Notes: generated from the sequence alone by a model not told the origin. A DNA stretch of 63,997 nucleotides, filler included, from Octopus bimaculoides (GCF_001194135.2; 5 parts of 4 records of this genome joined end to end with filler, not necessarily neighbours in it); one strand, 5' to 3'; shown: positions 50,430 through 63,350, counted from the first letter of the whole stretch. Program-made: numbers and translations.

Positions 50430-51275
50430 GATGCTTCCTCCACCCCCAATTATGGATACACTTAAGGTACACCATCTCGTCAGACACCAAAATCAACAAG
50501 AAAGTTGATAACAGACTGGCCAAGGCAAAGTGCCAGTGGACAGTGAGATTCCAGGCTTCACAGTCAGCAGTAAGAACAGGCCACTGGTGGTGATCAGTGG
50601 AGGCATGTGGCTTAGTGGTTAGGGTGTTGGACTCATGATCTTAAGACTGTGGTTTCAACTCCTGAACTGGGCAATGTATTGTGTTTTTGAGCAAAACACT
50701 TCATTTCATGTTGCTACAGTCCACTCAGCTGGCAAAAATGAGTAATTCTGCAACAGACTAGCACCCTGTCCAGGCGGGAAATTTATACGCCATGAAACAA
50801 GGAAACTGACCCTTATGAGTTGGTACAACTTGAAAAGGTAACTTTACTTTTTTTTTTTTTACTGGTGATAATCAATGTGGTAGGAACCAAAGGATTTCTT
50901 TAGGGAGTCCTTGTACCTCATTTTTGGTGCCTTTCTCTCACTACAATTAGAGAAGAGGTTGCCATACAGTATAATCTTGGGAAGTCAATGATCCTCCATC
51001 CTGGTGAAATGTCTTGCCCAGAATAGCTGTGTCTTCTGCAGAGATGCTTCAATGCTGGTGACTTTGCCTGCTCTAGGACCTCAATATTAGTGACAAAATC
51101 ACTCCAGTCAATGCTGAGGATGACACAAAGGCAGTGCTGATAAAATCAAATCATTCAAGGAATTATAGGTAGTGCCAATAGATGACCCACAATGCTGAGC
51201 CATACCAAAGTCTGGTTATGACAGCTCTCTGTACACTGGTCTTGGTCTCATTCAGTCTGCTGAGACGATTCTCAA
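50430..51275. mobile_element. BovB-like RTE LINE remnant, rearranged (+ 50430-50535; - 50540-50600 and 50861-51275)
   Basis: Plus strand: YTISSDTKINKKVDNRLAKAK. Minus strand: TKTSVQRAVIT...AGKVTSIEASLQKTQLFWARHFTRMEDH*LPKIILYGNL...APKMRYKDSLKKSFG. Confidence 0.8.
50599..50860 (+). mobile_element. SINE-C inserted in the BovB-like LINE, with T-rich tail and diverged target-site duplication
   Basis: A-box TGGCTTAGTGGTTAGG and B-box GGTTTCAACTCC. Flanks are ACTGGTGGTGATCAGTGG and ACTGGTGATAATCAATGTGG. Confidence 0.8.
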
Positions 51276-51884
51276 TTTCATCCTTAAACCCGAGGGCACA
51301 ATGGAGTTGAATATGAAGTAAACCTTTATAGCCATATATAGTTTCTAAATCTCTCCCTCACTTTCTTTTTATATCTAAAACCATATTAGAGTAGTGAAAT
51401 ATGTTAACCACTCATTGATAAAATCAGTTTGCTTCAAATCACATTTGTGGATAGACCCTGAATGTAGGCGCATAGCCAAAAATAGATGGTTACAAATGCA
51501 ACTGCATATTCTTGATGCAGCAGAAACATATGTTGGTCATATGAACCAATTATGCTGTTTAATTAACTATAAAAAGAAAAGGAAAAGGAAAATATATGAA
51601 GATGTACTAGTCTCTGTATTGTTTATAATTATTTTGGATTTACACACCCAAAAATATTCATAATCCAGTGAAGTGTGAATCCAGGATTTACCCACTGGAA
51701 GAATAACAGTAGGATTATTCACCCTAAGTAATCCTAGGTACTTTTTACCACTCAGTGTGGTTAGCCTGAACCTGGACTGTAGCTGAGTGCTTATACAGAA
51801 CCCACCTGCTATTTATTATTGATTTTCCATAAAAATGAAGCTGTATTCCTTAATTTGCTGCTTTTCTATACACAAACTGGGAAG

Positions 51885-51980
51885 ATATAAACACTCACAA
51901 CGCCCAGTCTGGGAATCGAAACCACTATCCTATGACCGCGAGTTCGCTGCCCTAACTACTGGGCCATTGTGCCTGCACAT
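51885..51980 (-). mobile_element. tRNA-like SINE head
   Basis: The reverse complement reads TGGCCCAGTAGTTAGGGCAGCGAACTCGCGGTCATAGGATAGTGGTTTCGATTCCC (A and B boxes). Confidence 0.65.
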
Positions 51981-52554
51981 ACACACACACACCTTCATAT
52001 AAGGACTAAAAGCCGTTTTGCTATTTTGATATTTTGTTTTACACCAAAAATGGAAAAAAAAAAATTTTTTATCTCTGATCTCAAACCATTACTAATACAC
52101 TATATCAGGGCTTGCCTTATTTAGAACTTGTTATGAGATACCTTTCGTGATAGATTGTGTAACATGCACCTATTAACATTGTATAAAAGTCGAGTGCTGA
52201 CTATTTGACATATATCATTATCTATGAAGAAAATTAGTTACAACATGACATAGATTCAATTCTTTTGACAACTTAGATTGTTGTAATAACTGAAAGTGAG
52301 TGGTATTTTTATGAGATAGGCAAATACAATAATCCCTCACCATATCGCAGTTCACCTCTTGCATACTCAGTATATTGCAGACTTTTCTGGCTAATATATG
52401 TAAATTCATATTGCAGACTCCTCAGTACATCACGAGTTTCTGCGGCCGATAGGTATTTATATTGTTTTAAATTATAATTATTTTTGTGGGAGGTTTTGGA
52501 ACGTAACACCAGCAATAGTCAAGGGATTACTGTACTGTTTTTATCTGTTATAAT

Positions 52555-52770
52555 ATTGGTTTCAAATTTTGGCACGAGGCCAGCAATTTTGGGGATGGTA
52601 AGTCAATTACATTGACCCCAGAGCTCAACTGGTACTTATTTTATTGACCCCCAAAAGGATGAAAGGCAAAATCAACCTAGGCAGAATTTAAACTCAGAAT
52701 GTAAAGATGAATAAAATGTCACCAAATATTTTGCCTTGCATGCTAATGATCCTGCCCACCTGCTACCTTA
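52555..52770 (-). mobile_element. SINE-A
   Basis: Reverse-complement SINE-A, full length. Confidence 0.8.
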
Positions 52771-53549
52771 TATNNNNNNNNNNNNNNNNNNNNNNNNNNN
52801 NNNNNNNNNNNNNNNNNTTAATTAATTAANNNNNNNNNNNNNNNNNNNNNNNNNNNNNNNNNNNNNNNNNNNNTGTAGTTGAAGACACCTGCCCAACGTG
52901 TTATGAGCACTGCCTTCCTCCTTTAAGCTAGTAAAAATATAGAAACAACCAAAGATATAAGAACATGTCGAACCACTATCCCCAGTGCAATTGTAGCAAT
53001 GTCACAAGTTGTCCACTCAATGGAAGTTCATAAAAAACACACTGATGCATAAAACCTAGATAGATGGTGTCACTTCGGTCCAAAATTTAGTAGGGCTTTT
53101 AAACGCCAAATTTACAAACAATAAATCTCAACGCGAAATAAAATTTATTATCCAAAATTATATCTATTATGCGATTCCATCGAGATCAGATGCAGAGGGT
53201 TTGCAGGTTAAACCTTCTACAGAACTCACAGCATGTTTGGGAATTACAGAGACTAAGTAGGCAGAAGGCCATCAGTTTGGTTCAAGAGTAGCACGCTTAC
53301 TCCTCCAAATTAAGAGACATTGTAATTCCATCTCATTATCCCCATACATCTACGGCCTGAAGTAGAAGGAAATCGGTAGCATGAAAATATCTTTAACCGT
53401 TGTCAAAACTGTGCACTATTACATCAACGGATTAAAAAGATGTCTAACCTGTCTTCCTGGAAAATATATAATAATCAGTGATTAACATTGGAATCAAATC
53501 TAATCTCCATCAGATTGGATAGATTCTATATTCTAACGTATATGCAATC

Positions 53550-54530
53550 ATAAGTATTCAGCATGAGTTCAAATCAAAATTATGTGAGGTCAAATCTAAT
53601 CTATATGTGAATAAATTTGACGTACACGTACTAAAATCTAACTTACATGAGGCTGGTTCTAAGGTACATGTGACTTAATCTTACCAGCATACAATCAGAT
53701 CTAATGTACATGTAATCAAATTTAAACTACACAGAATCAAATCTATCCTACATGACATCAAACGTTTATCAAGATTTCAACTGTTCTACACTTGACTATA
53801 TCAAATTTAGTCTACATGTGAACAAATGCAACACCTAGTGTCAATTTACCTTACATGTGATATAATCTAACCTACATGTTAGATAATTTAACCTACATAA
53901 GGTGAGACGTAAGTTACATACGTTTAATTTAACCTACATGAGATCACAGCTCACAAACATCGCGTGAAATTTAACCTACGTGGTATAAATATCCAACATA
54001 CGTGCGATCTGATTTAATCTACACGATGTTGAATTTAACCTACATGTGATCTAATTTAATTTACATGTATTCACATCTAACCTACTTTAGATAAAGTACA
54101 ACCTACATGTGATCCAATAACTTACATGTTATCAAATCTAATCTACATGTGATCTAATCTAACCAAAAGTGTAACCTATAAGTGATTTGATTTCGCCTAC
54201 ATGTGATCAAATCTAAGCTACAACAGGTCAAATTCATTCCATGTGGTATAAAAATCTAATGGACACGTGATCCTATTTAACTTACATATAATCAAAACTA
54301 ACTAGCATGGGATCAAAACTAAAGTACTTGTGATCCAAATTAACCTACCCGTATTCAAATCCAGCCTACACGGCAATCAGATCTAACCTACATATAACCA
54401 CATTTAATCTACATGAGATCAAACCCAGACTGCATGTGATCCAATTTAACCTACATGCTTTTAAATCTTACCTATATGAGATCAATCTAAAGAAAAGGTG
54501 AGCAATTCTAACGTACCTGAAGTCAAAACC
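53550..54530. repeat. Highly degenerate ~21-bp minisatellite, consensus ~AATYTAACCTACATGTGATC
   Basis: Dozens of recurrences of AACCTACATG / TACATGTGA across ~1 kb. Confidence 0.8.
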
Positions 54531-55871
54531 GAACTCTACAGGTTCTAGTTTCGGGGTCTTCCTAAACTGAAAGTGAACAAACAGTTATACACCTCCCACT
54601 CCCACTATACTAAACAACCACTTCTCCACCTTCCCAGCCTTTAACTACCTCTTCCTTCTCCTACACCTCCTCCTACGCCTTCCGTGCTTCCCGCTCCAAC
54701 GTATTCAACATTCTGTTCTTACTGCTCCTCGTTTATTGATTCGGTTCCAAGATTCAACTTCGCAATCACCAGAACTGCCATCACGCCACAACCACAGCTA
54801 CCGTCTCCACTTCCATCTTTAATAAAAGCTACCACCACCACCACCACCACCACCACCAATACCACTAACTACCNNNNNNNNNNNNNNNNNNNNNNNNNNN
54901 NNNNNNNNNNNNNNNNNNNNNNNNNNNNNNNNNNNNNNNNNNNNNNNNNNNNNNNNNNNNNNNNNNNNNNNNNNNNNNNNNNNNNNNNNNNNNNNNNNNN
55001 NNNNNNNNNNNNNNNNNNNNNNNNNNNNNNNNNNNNNNNNNNNNNNNNNNNNNNNNNNNNNNNNNNNNNNNNNNNNNNNNNNNNNNNNNNNNNNNNNNNN
55101 NNNNNNNNNNNNNNNNNNNNNNNNNNNNNNNNNNNNNNNNNNNNNNNNNNNNNNNNNNNNNNNNNNNNNNNNNNNNNNNNNNNNNNNNNNNNNNNNNNNN
55201 NNNNNNNNNNNNNNNNNNNNNNNNNNNNNNNNNNNNNNNNNNNNNNNNNNNNNNNNNNNNNNNNNNNNNNNNNNNNNNNNNNNNNNNNNNNNNNNNNNNN
55301 NNNNNNNNNNNNNNNNNNNNNNNNNNNNNNNNNNNNNNNNNNNNNNNNNNNNNNNNNNNNNNNNNNNNNNNNNNNNNNNNNNNNNNNNNNNNNNNNNNNN
55401 NNNNNNNNNNNNNNNNNNNNNNNNNNNNNNNNNNNNNNNNNNNNNNNNNNNNNNNNNNNNNNNNNNNNNNNNNNNNNNNNNNNNNNNNNNNNNNNNNNNN
55501 NNNNNNNNNNNNNNNNNNNNNNNNNNNNNNNNNNNNNNNNNNNNNNNNNNNNNNNNNNNNNNNNNNNNNNNNNNNNNNNNNNNNNNNNNNNNNNNNNNNN
55601 NNNNNNNNNNNNNNNNNNNNNNNNNNNNNNNNNNNNNNNNNNNNNNNNNNNNNNNNNNNNNNNNNNNNNNNNNNNNNNNNNNNNNNNNNNNNNNNNNNNN
55701 NNNNNNNNNNNNNNNNNNNNNNNNNNNNNNNNNNNNNNNNNNNNNNNNNNNNNNNNNNNNNNNNNNNNNNNNNNNNNNNNNNNNNNNNNNNNNNNNNNNN
55801 NNNNNNNNNNNNNNNNNNNNNNNNNNNNNNNNNNNNNNNNNNNNNNNNNNNNNNNNNNNNNNNNNNNNNNN

Positions 55872-56100
55872 AAGGAAGAAGAAGAAGAAGAAGAAGAAGA
55901 AGAAGAAGAAGAAGACCAAGAAGAAGAAGAAGAAGAAGAAGACCAAGAAGAAGAAGAAGAAGACAAGGAAGAAGAAGAAGAAGACAAGGAAGAAGAAGAA
56001 GAAGAAGACAAGGAAGAAGAAGAAGAAGACAAGGAAGAAGAAGAAGAAGAACAACAACAACAACAACAACGACGACGACGACAACAACAACAACAACAGC
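55872..56100. repeat. (GAA)n with periodic GACAAG/GACCAA interruptions, then (CAA)/(CGA)
   Basis: Directly visible, adjacent to a gap. Confidence 0.9.
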
Positions 56101-56419
56101 AGGGTAAACACCAACAAGATGGCGACGACAAAGGGCCAAAAAAACAAATGAGAGGGGGACAGAGGACAATAAAAATGAATAGAAAGAGAAGGAAGTGACG
56201 AAAACAGAAATGAGCTCGGTGGAGGAAGGTGGGGATGGAAGGAAGTTGTTGTGATTGGTTAGAGCCATGATTAATACAAGAAACAGGAAATGGAATGATA
56301 AATTTGATGAGTCAAGAGATCGCTTCCAGATCGGTCCAGTGCAGTTATGGGATGTGGGTGTATATGGAGTTGATGATGTGGGTTAACGAACCGCTGAGGG
56401 AAAGGAAGCTATGGGCTAG

Positions 56420-56465
<46 letters not shown>

Positions 56466-56496
56466 CACAAGAGNNNNNNNNNNAGACAGGTAAGTT

Positions 56497-56546
<50 letters not shown>

Positions 56547-56559
56547 CAGACAGATAGAC

Positions 56560-56593
<34 letters not shown>

Positions 56594-56657
56594 AGAGAGA
56601 AGAACAAGACAAGAGAGAGAGAGAGAGAGGAAGAGACAGACGGACAGACTGTAAGTT

Positions 56658-56702
<45 letters not shown>

Positions 56703-57589
56703 GTAGATAGATAGGTAGAGAGAGAGAGAGAGAGAGAGAGANNNNNNNNNNNNNNNNNNNNNNNNNNNNNNNNNNNNNNNNNNNNNNNNNNNNNNNNNNN
56801 NNNNNNNNNNNNNNNNNNNNNNNNNNNNNNNNNNNNNNNNNNNNNNNNNNNNNNNNNNNNNNNNNNNNNNNNNNNNNNNNNNNNNNNNNNNNNNNNNNNN
56901 NNNNNNNNNNNNNNNNNNNNNNNNNNNNNNNNNNNNNNNNNNNNNNNNNNNNNNNNNNNNNNNNNNNNNNNNNNNNNNNNNNNNNNNNNNNNNNNNNNNN
57001 NNNNNNNNNNNNNNNNNNNNNNNNNNNNNNNNNNNNNNNNNNNNNNNNNNNNNNNNNNNNNNNNNNNNNNNNNNNNNNNNNNNNNNNNNNNNNNNNNNNN
57101 NNNNNNNNNNNNNNNNNNNNNNNNNNNNNNNNNNNNNNNNNNNNNNNNNNNNNNNNNNNNNNNNNNNNNNNNNNNNNNNNNNNNNGCTATCTCCTCAAAA
57201 ATCTCGGGCCTTGTGCCTAGAGTATAAAAGAAAAGAATATATATTTGTGTGTGTTGAAATACACTCACACATATAGAGGATTTGTGCATGTATACATATA
57301 TGAAATGTACGCATGAGCGTGTGTGAATGTATGTGTATTTGTGTGTCTGTATAAATATACACACATAGAGCTATATATTTAGCTAATCACATAATGTCCA
57401 AGATTTGATCTTAGTACACGACACCTCGATATTCCTGTATAACGTGGGGTTTACCAATACCTTGAGAGCTTTACTCTGCCTCTCTGTGTGTGTGTGTGTG
57501 TGTGTGTACGTGTATAATTATATGTGTGTGTATATGTATATACACACAAACGTATCTACATTCATACACATGCATACAATCATATGTAT

Positions 57590-57716
57590 ATGTTTAAACA
57601 AATGCCTTCCCACTACAGGGTTCCAGGTTCAGTCCCACTGTGTGGTACTTTGGACAAATGTCTTCGATTATAACCTCGGGCCGACTGAAGCCTTGTGAAT
57701 GGATACGGCAACAAGA

Positions 57717-57763
<47 letters not shown>

Positions 57764-58020
57764 CATACACACACATGTATGTACGTGCATACGTGTGTGT
57801 GAGTGAGTGTCTGAGTGTCTGTGTTTGTTCTCACCACCGCTAGATGACCGGTGTTGGCTTATTTACGCTTCCGTAATCTAGCGGTTCGACATAAGAGATC
57901 AATAGCACAAGTATCGGATATAAAAATAAGTTTTGGGGTCGATTTGCCCTACTAAACCCTGGGAGACGGTGCCCCAGCATTTTCGCTTGCTAATCACTGA
58001 AGCAAGTAAAATAATAAATT
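57590..58020 (+). mobile_element. Composite SINE-B, decayed, with internal (TA)/(GT) tract
   Basis: Both halves are homologous to 33986-34390. Confidence 0.8.
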
Positions 58021-58939
58021 TGCATTCATATACATATAAGCCACACTCACACACATAGAAACATAAAAGTACAGAGACGCGCGCGCGTGCACAAACACGC
58101 ATACACACGCACATATCATGATGTAGCTCACTACCGCACACCAGTATCTGGCCCACAGACTGCCTGTCTCCACTTTTCACCCTTTTATACCACTACTACC
58201 ACGTCCTCTGCTTCTCGGAACTGCCTGATTTGGTAACATTTCCATTCAGACAGTCCTTACTGTACTCAGTCGTCTTTCCTCGTCTTGCCGTCCATATTGT
58301 GTTTATCCCAGAAATGATTCCTGATTACGGGAAACAAATTAAACATTAGCTTGATCGATCTCCGATCATGCTAGTCTATTTATAAACCTAATATGCAGAC
58401 CGGTATAACGTCACCAGCCAGCATTAACAGAATTCACTGTGCTACAAACCTACCAACCGTTCGAGCCAGGTCAGGGAATAAATCCTCCTCCCCTTTCTCC
58501 TTCCCCTCCTCCCCTCCCCCTCCCCCNNNNNNNNNNNNNNNNNNNNNNNNNNNNNNNNNNNNNNNNNNNNNNNNNNNNNNNNNNNNNNNNNNNNNNNNNN
58601 NNNNNNNNNNNNNNNNNNNNNNNNNNNNNNNNNNNNNNNNNNNNNNNNNNNNNNNNNNNNNNNNNNNNNNNNNNNNNNNNNNNNNNNNNNNNNNNNNNNN
58701 NNNNNNNNNNNNNNNNNNNNNNNNNNNNNNNNNNNNNNNNNNNNNNNNNNNNNNNNNNNNNNNNNNNNNNNNNNNNNNNNNNNNNNNNNNNNNNNNNNNN
58801 NNNNNNNNNNNNNNNNNNNNNNNNNNNNNNNNNNNNNNNNNNNNNNNNNNNNNNNNNNNNNNNNNNNNNNNNNNNNNNNNNNNNNNNNNNNNNNNNNNNN
58901 NNNNNNNNNNNNNNNNNNNNNNNNNNNNNNNNNNNNNNN

Positions 58940-58982
<43 letters not shown>

Positions 58983-59269
58983 GGAGTATATAAAGTATAT
59001 ATATATATATAAATATGCGTGTGTATATGTGTGCGTGCGTGCATGCGTATATTACCAACAAATGCGAACACATTAATATAAACCATACAAAGACACATAC
59101 AAACTCATGCACGCACACGGAAACAAATACACGCATATACACAAAAACATACATATATAGACCCTATCACACACATGCACACGCACACGCACAAACACAG
59201 ACACAGCCAAATGACTCAGACACAAAGTAGACACAAATGATCACACCTTGAATTATATTTTCTCTCACG

Positions 59270-60212
59270 CATCGTCGTCGTCGTCATGTATAGTATACCT
59301 GCAACGCATTGATGACAACAAAAGTCTCCCTGAAAAAGCGCGACTTCTGCAGATGCCTTGCCAATCTTGTCCAACCAGCTCTTGATATCGTCCATCCATT
59401 GCGTCATTTGCCTACCTCTTTGATCTACTGTTTTCCACTCTTTCTTTCATGATAATGTTTGCCAGACCTCTGCTTCTTCGAATACGACCATTATAGAGGA
59501 GCTTTTGTTTTTTTTTTTTCACAATGTTCAGGAGCTGTCGTCTTTTACCTACTTGTTGTAACACCCATTTATTTGTCCGATGATCCTTGTAGGAGACGCG
59601 CAACATTCTCCTATACACTCACATTTGAAGCACACTGATTATGTTCTCTTTAAATTTGTTCAGAGTCCATGCTTCGCAATCATAAATACTTATTGGCCAA
59701 ATGAATGCTTGCTTTTAACTTAACTGGGACACTTTTGCTAGTCCAGATGTTATTAACTCTAGAAGTACCAATAATTTCTTACTTCTTACAAAGACCATAG
59801 CTGTCATTTTTGACCGGCATTAAAAATCTTTATTTAATACAATTTATTTTAGATATCAGCTAATGCAGTGAATAAAGGATTTGAAAATACAGTCTTTCGG
59901 CATTTATTGACAAAAGTTTACGTACAAAAGAGAAAAAAGAGATTACATATACGCATATATATGAAATGATGCTCATGATTTCGCATTCAATACAGTCGTA
60001 AAATCAAAAAGTTAAAAGTAAAAGCGGTTATTTATGACAGCTCGTTACGTTTAGTGTTAAACTTTTCCATGAATGTTCTTGCCATGGTTAACCGTGTCCT
60101 AATTGTTTTCTTACATAGAGCTTCATTAGAGATTTGGTCTCCAAGATACTTGTACAATTCAACCGGTTCGAGCATCACGCTTCCCAGTTTGATGTTAATA
60201 TTTACTTTCTCT
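59270..60212 (-). mobile_element. RTE-clade LINE 3' region split by a ~290-bp insertion, (GAC)n tail
   Basis: 60212-60060: LEPVELYKYLGDQISNEALCKKTIRTRLTMARTFM. 59760-59270: ELNNIWTSK...YDCEAWTLN...YRRMLRVSYKDHRTNKWVLQ...WMDDIKSWL. Confidence 0.8.
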
Positions 60213-60213
60213 A

Positions 60214-60430
60214 AAGGCAACGAGTTGGCAGAATTGCTAGCACGCTGGGCAAAATGCTTAGCAATATTTCGTCCATCTTTACTTTCTGAGTTCAAATTCT
60301 GCCGAGGTCGACTTAGCCTTTCATCCTTTCGGAGTCGATGAAGTAAATACCAGTTGAACACTGGGGTCGATTTAATCGACTCATCCCCTTTTCTGAAATC
60401 ACTGGCCTTGTGCTAAAATATGAATTCAAT
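60214..60430 (+). mobile_element. SINE-A
   Basis: Full head, central domain and 3' end. Confidence 0.85.
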
Positions 60431-60745
60431 ATTTGATTTCTCCTTTCCTGCTGCCATGACTTTTGTTTTCTCATGCGCACACAGTACAATACACAAAACT
60501 CGGGCGCGCGCGCGTGTGTGTAACATAAATAGAAAAGTGGATAAATACGCAGATAGGCAGTCAGATATAAACAGACAGTTTGACAGGCATACAGACAGAC
60601 AGATAGAGAGAGAGAGAGAAAGGGAGAGAGAGAAAGAGAGAGAGATAAGGACATAAACAAAATCGAAAAGCACAACCGATGTGTGAAATTGATGGTGACG
60701 TAATCAAATATGTTGATGATGTATGTAATATATATACATACATGC

Positions 60746-60797
<52 letters not shown>

Positions 60798-60836
60798 GGT
60801 AAACTAAACAAGCCGGCAAATAGACAAAATTGTTAG

Positions 60837-61051
60837 ATCCTTTTCTACTCAAGGCATAGGGCCCAAAATTTATGGGGTGGGAACCAGTCGACTAGTTCGA
60901 CCCAGTAAGCAACTGGTACTTAATCTATCGACTCCGAAAGGATGAAAGGCAAAGTCGACCTCGGCGGAATTTGAACTCAGAATGTAAGACAGACGAAATA
61001 CTGCTAAGCATTTCGCCCGGCGTGCTAACGTTTCTGCCAGCTCGCCGCCTT
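60837..61051 (-). mobile_element. SINE-A, best-preserved copy
   Basis: The reverse complement reads AAGGCGGCGAGCTGGCAGAAACGTTAGCACGCCGGGCGAAATGCTTAGCAGTATTTCGTCTG...GAGTTCAAATTCCGCCGAGGTCGACTTTGCCTTTCATCCTTTCGGAGTCGAT. Confidence 0.92.
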
Positions 61052-61478
61052 ATGAAATTGTTAGACCCATCGGACGACACGCCTTGTGATGGTTTTACTG
61101 GCTTCTTGCATTTTAACTTGAAATCCCGCTATGGCGTACATGGAGCATAGTCTTAACTCGTTACCCAGTGCCCAGTTAAACGCAACCACCTGGTCCTTGC
61201 GCAGGTTTTAGCGGTCTTCTTGCAAGTCTTTGAGTAAGGTTTGAGACTCGCACTCCCTCCCACCTCTATCGGAGAACTTATAAAGGATTATAGGCATTTT
61301 CCTCTATTGAGAGTGAACGATAAAAAAAAAAAAAAATCTGAATGCAAGAATCTAAGCGAACGAAATGCCGCCAAATCACTATATGATGAAGGTGTTGTTG
61401 CACCATATCGGGAGAGATATGGTGCTTGTTTCTTCTATGTAAAATGGAGATTGAATTTTCATTGCTAANNNNNNNNNN

Positions 61479-61527
<49 letters not shown>

Positions 61528-61788
61528 AGGTGTGTGCGTATATATATGCGTGCATATATACACATTGTTGAATGGCCGTTGATTCCCTTGAATTCGTCTG
61601 CAAGCTGTCCAAATTTCTCGCAATTCAAGTTTAGTAGAGTTGCTGATTTAGGGACTAACGACCGGATTATGTAGTGGGTGTATTAGGTTACTTACTCGTA
61701 GCTAGTCTCTGGTAATCAGCTGTCTAACCTGAAATACGTGCAAGGATTCTCGCACACGTACATACATGTATATCTATCTATCTATCTA

Positions 61789-62044
61789 TATATTATTCAT
61801 TAAAATACTGAGATGCCTATAATAGGACATCTAACCCGCTAGAAAGAGCAGCAAAAAACTCTATACCACAAAAATAGGGATAATTTCGAAAGAGAATGAA
61901 AAATAAAAACTTTTACCAGTCTATACTCTGTACCATGGTTTCAAGTTATTTAGCAAGATTTTTGTGGTATAGAGTTTTTTGCTGCTCTTTCTAGCGGGTT
62001 AGATGTCCTATTATAGGCATCTCTGTATTTTAATGAATAATATA
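61789..62044. mobile_element. Young MITE with 87-bp TIRs in TA context
   Basis: 61789-61875 versus the reverse complement of 61958-62044 shows one mismatch, with an ~82-bp spacer. Confidence 0.9.
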
Positions 62045-62204
62045 TATATAGTCTGCTGACTAATTTTTATTCTCGNNNNNNNNNNNNNNNNNNNNNNNNN
62101 NNNNNNNNNNNNNNNNNNNTTAATTAATTAANNNNNNNNNNNNNNNNNNNNNNNNNNNNNNNNNNNNNNNNNNNNATATATATATATATATACATATGAT
62201 GTGT

Positions 62205-62345
62205 GTGTGTGTTGGCTGGTTTTGATGTTGATTTTCTGCTTAAGCTCATTCTGAAGTGTATTCATTCGCTTGTTGTATTTCATGTTCTTGATCATTGCCA
62301 ATAGTTCATCTTCGAAAATGTTGTAGTAATGGAAATGTTCAAGAG
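62205..62345 (-). mobile_element. Penelope-like element ORF fragment
   Basis: NIFEDELLAMIKNMKYNKRMNTLQNELKQKINIK resembles the pre-RT segment FExDLxxLIxNIxFRxxxNxFQxxLxxDI of Penelope ORFs (from memory). Confidence 0.65.
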
Positions 62346-62459
62346 TAATGGAAAAAAAAGTGGTGAACATTTGACTGTCTTGAATCCATACTTGTGAGAG
62401 CATCGTCCTATTTGTCCTTTTTCGCAGTCGTAAATTGACCAAATGAAATCATGTAGCTT

Positions 62460-62680
62460 TATGGTTAGGTGTTGCACGCACCATTTCACCGGGCGATGCG
62501 TTATGTTTTTTGAGCAGAACACTTCATTTCACGTTGCTTCAGTCGACTCTGTTGTGAGTGAGTAACCTCGCGACGGACTGTCGTCTCGTTCAGGAGAGTT
62601 GTAATCTCGGTCACTTATACGCTATTGAAACTTGGCAATCAGCCCTAAGAGCCCTCAACTCGAGATAATGATGCCCAAAG
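62460..62680 (+). mobile_element. SINE-C, decayed
   Basis: GTTTTTTGAGCAGAACACTTCATTTCACGTTGCTTCAGTCGACTC, shared with 50599. Confidence 0.7.
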
Positions 62681-62899
62681 GTTGATGACAAGGTAATTTT
62701 CTACCATAATCTCTTGATAAAAAATTGTATCCAGTACTGTTTATATATTGTATAAATTTTTGCGCGATCCTTCAGTTTTGTATAACTTTGTGGGTAAATT
62801 CCCTATTTGTTTAGGTATTCTTTTGGAACGTTATGCTATCGATTCTGATCTAATCCTTCTATTCAGGGTATTTGATTAGATATTGATTAGAATCTATAG

Positions 62900-63350
62900 C
62901 ATTTAGCAATAACGAAGAGAAAAAAGTCGTTGACTATTTTTTCAGTACTCGATGGAATAAAAACTGTCCATAGGGTCCGAATTGTGAAGGTTTGACTAGA
63001 CAAAGAAACCTCAATCCAGCCTTTGACAGATCGGGACGAGCATGCACTGATGAAAGTCGCACAGGAAGTCTGATAAGAACTATATGGGGATTTCTGGAGT
63101 ACGAATAGGACTTGAGCGAAGTCCAAGAAAGAGAATGCTCACGGATACTATCGAGACTCCGGGGTCTCAATAGCAGGAGCAAAAATAGTTGCAATGGTGA
63201 TGTGTTCTCAGCTAACCTATGTGTCAGCCATCTTCTTACCAGTGTTTTTAGTTTGCCTTGAGGTAAAGGATGAGTTTTTAACGTTTCGTGTAGAGCCCTA
63301 CACGAGATTAAGCTCCCTGGCAGAAATGTCAGATCTCTCATCTTCCTCAA
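62900..63350 (+). mobile_element. Possible decayed CR1/L2-type LINE fragment
   Basis: SLIRTIWGFLEYE*DLSEVQERECSRILSRLRGL loosely fits LxRPxLEY...DxxxxExVQRRxTRxxxGL. Confidence 0.35.

Noticed and set aside
54684-56198. 504-aa ORF with poly-E/Q tail
   Set aside because: It is mostly gap plus (ACC)n and (GAA)n microsatellite, with no splice signals or complex sequence supporting coding.
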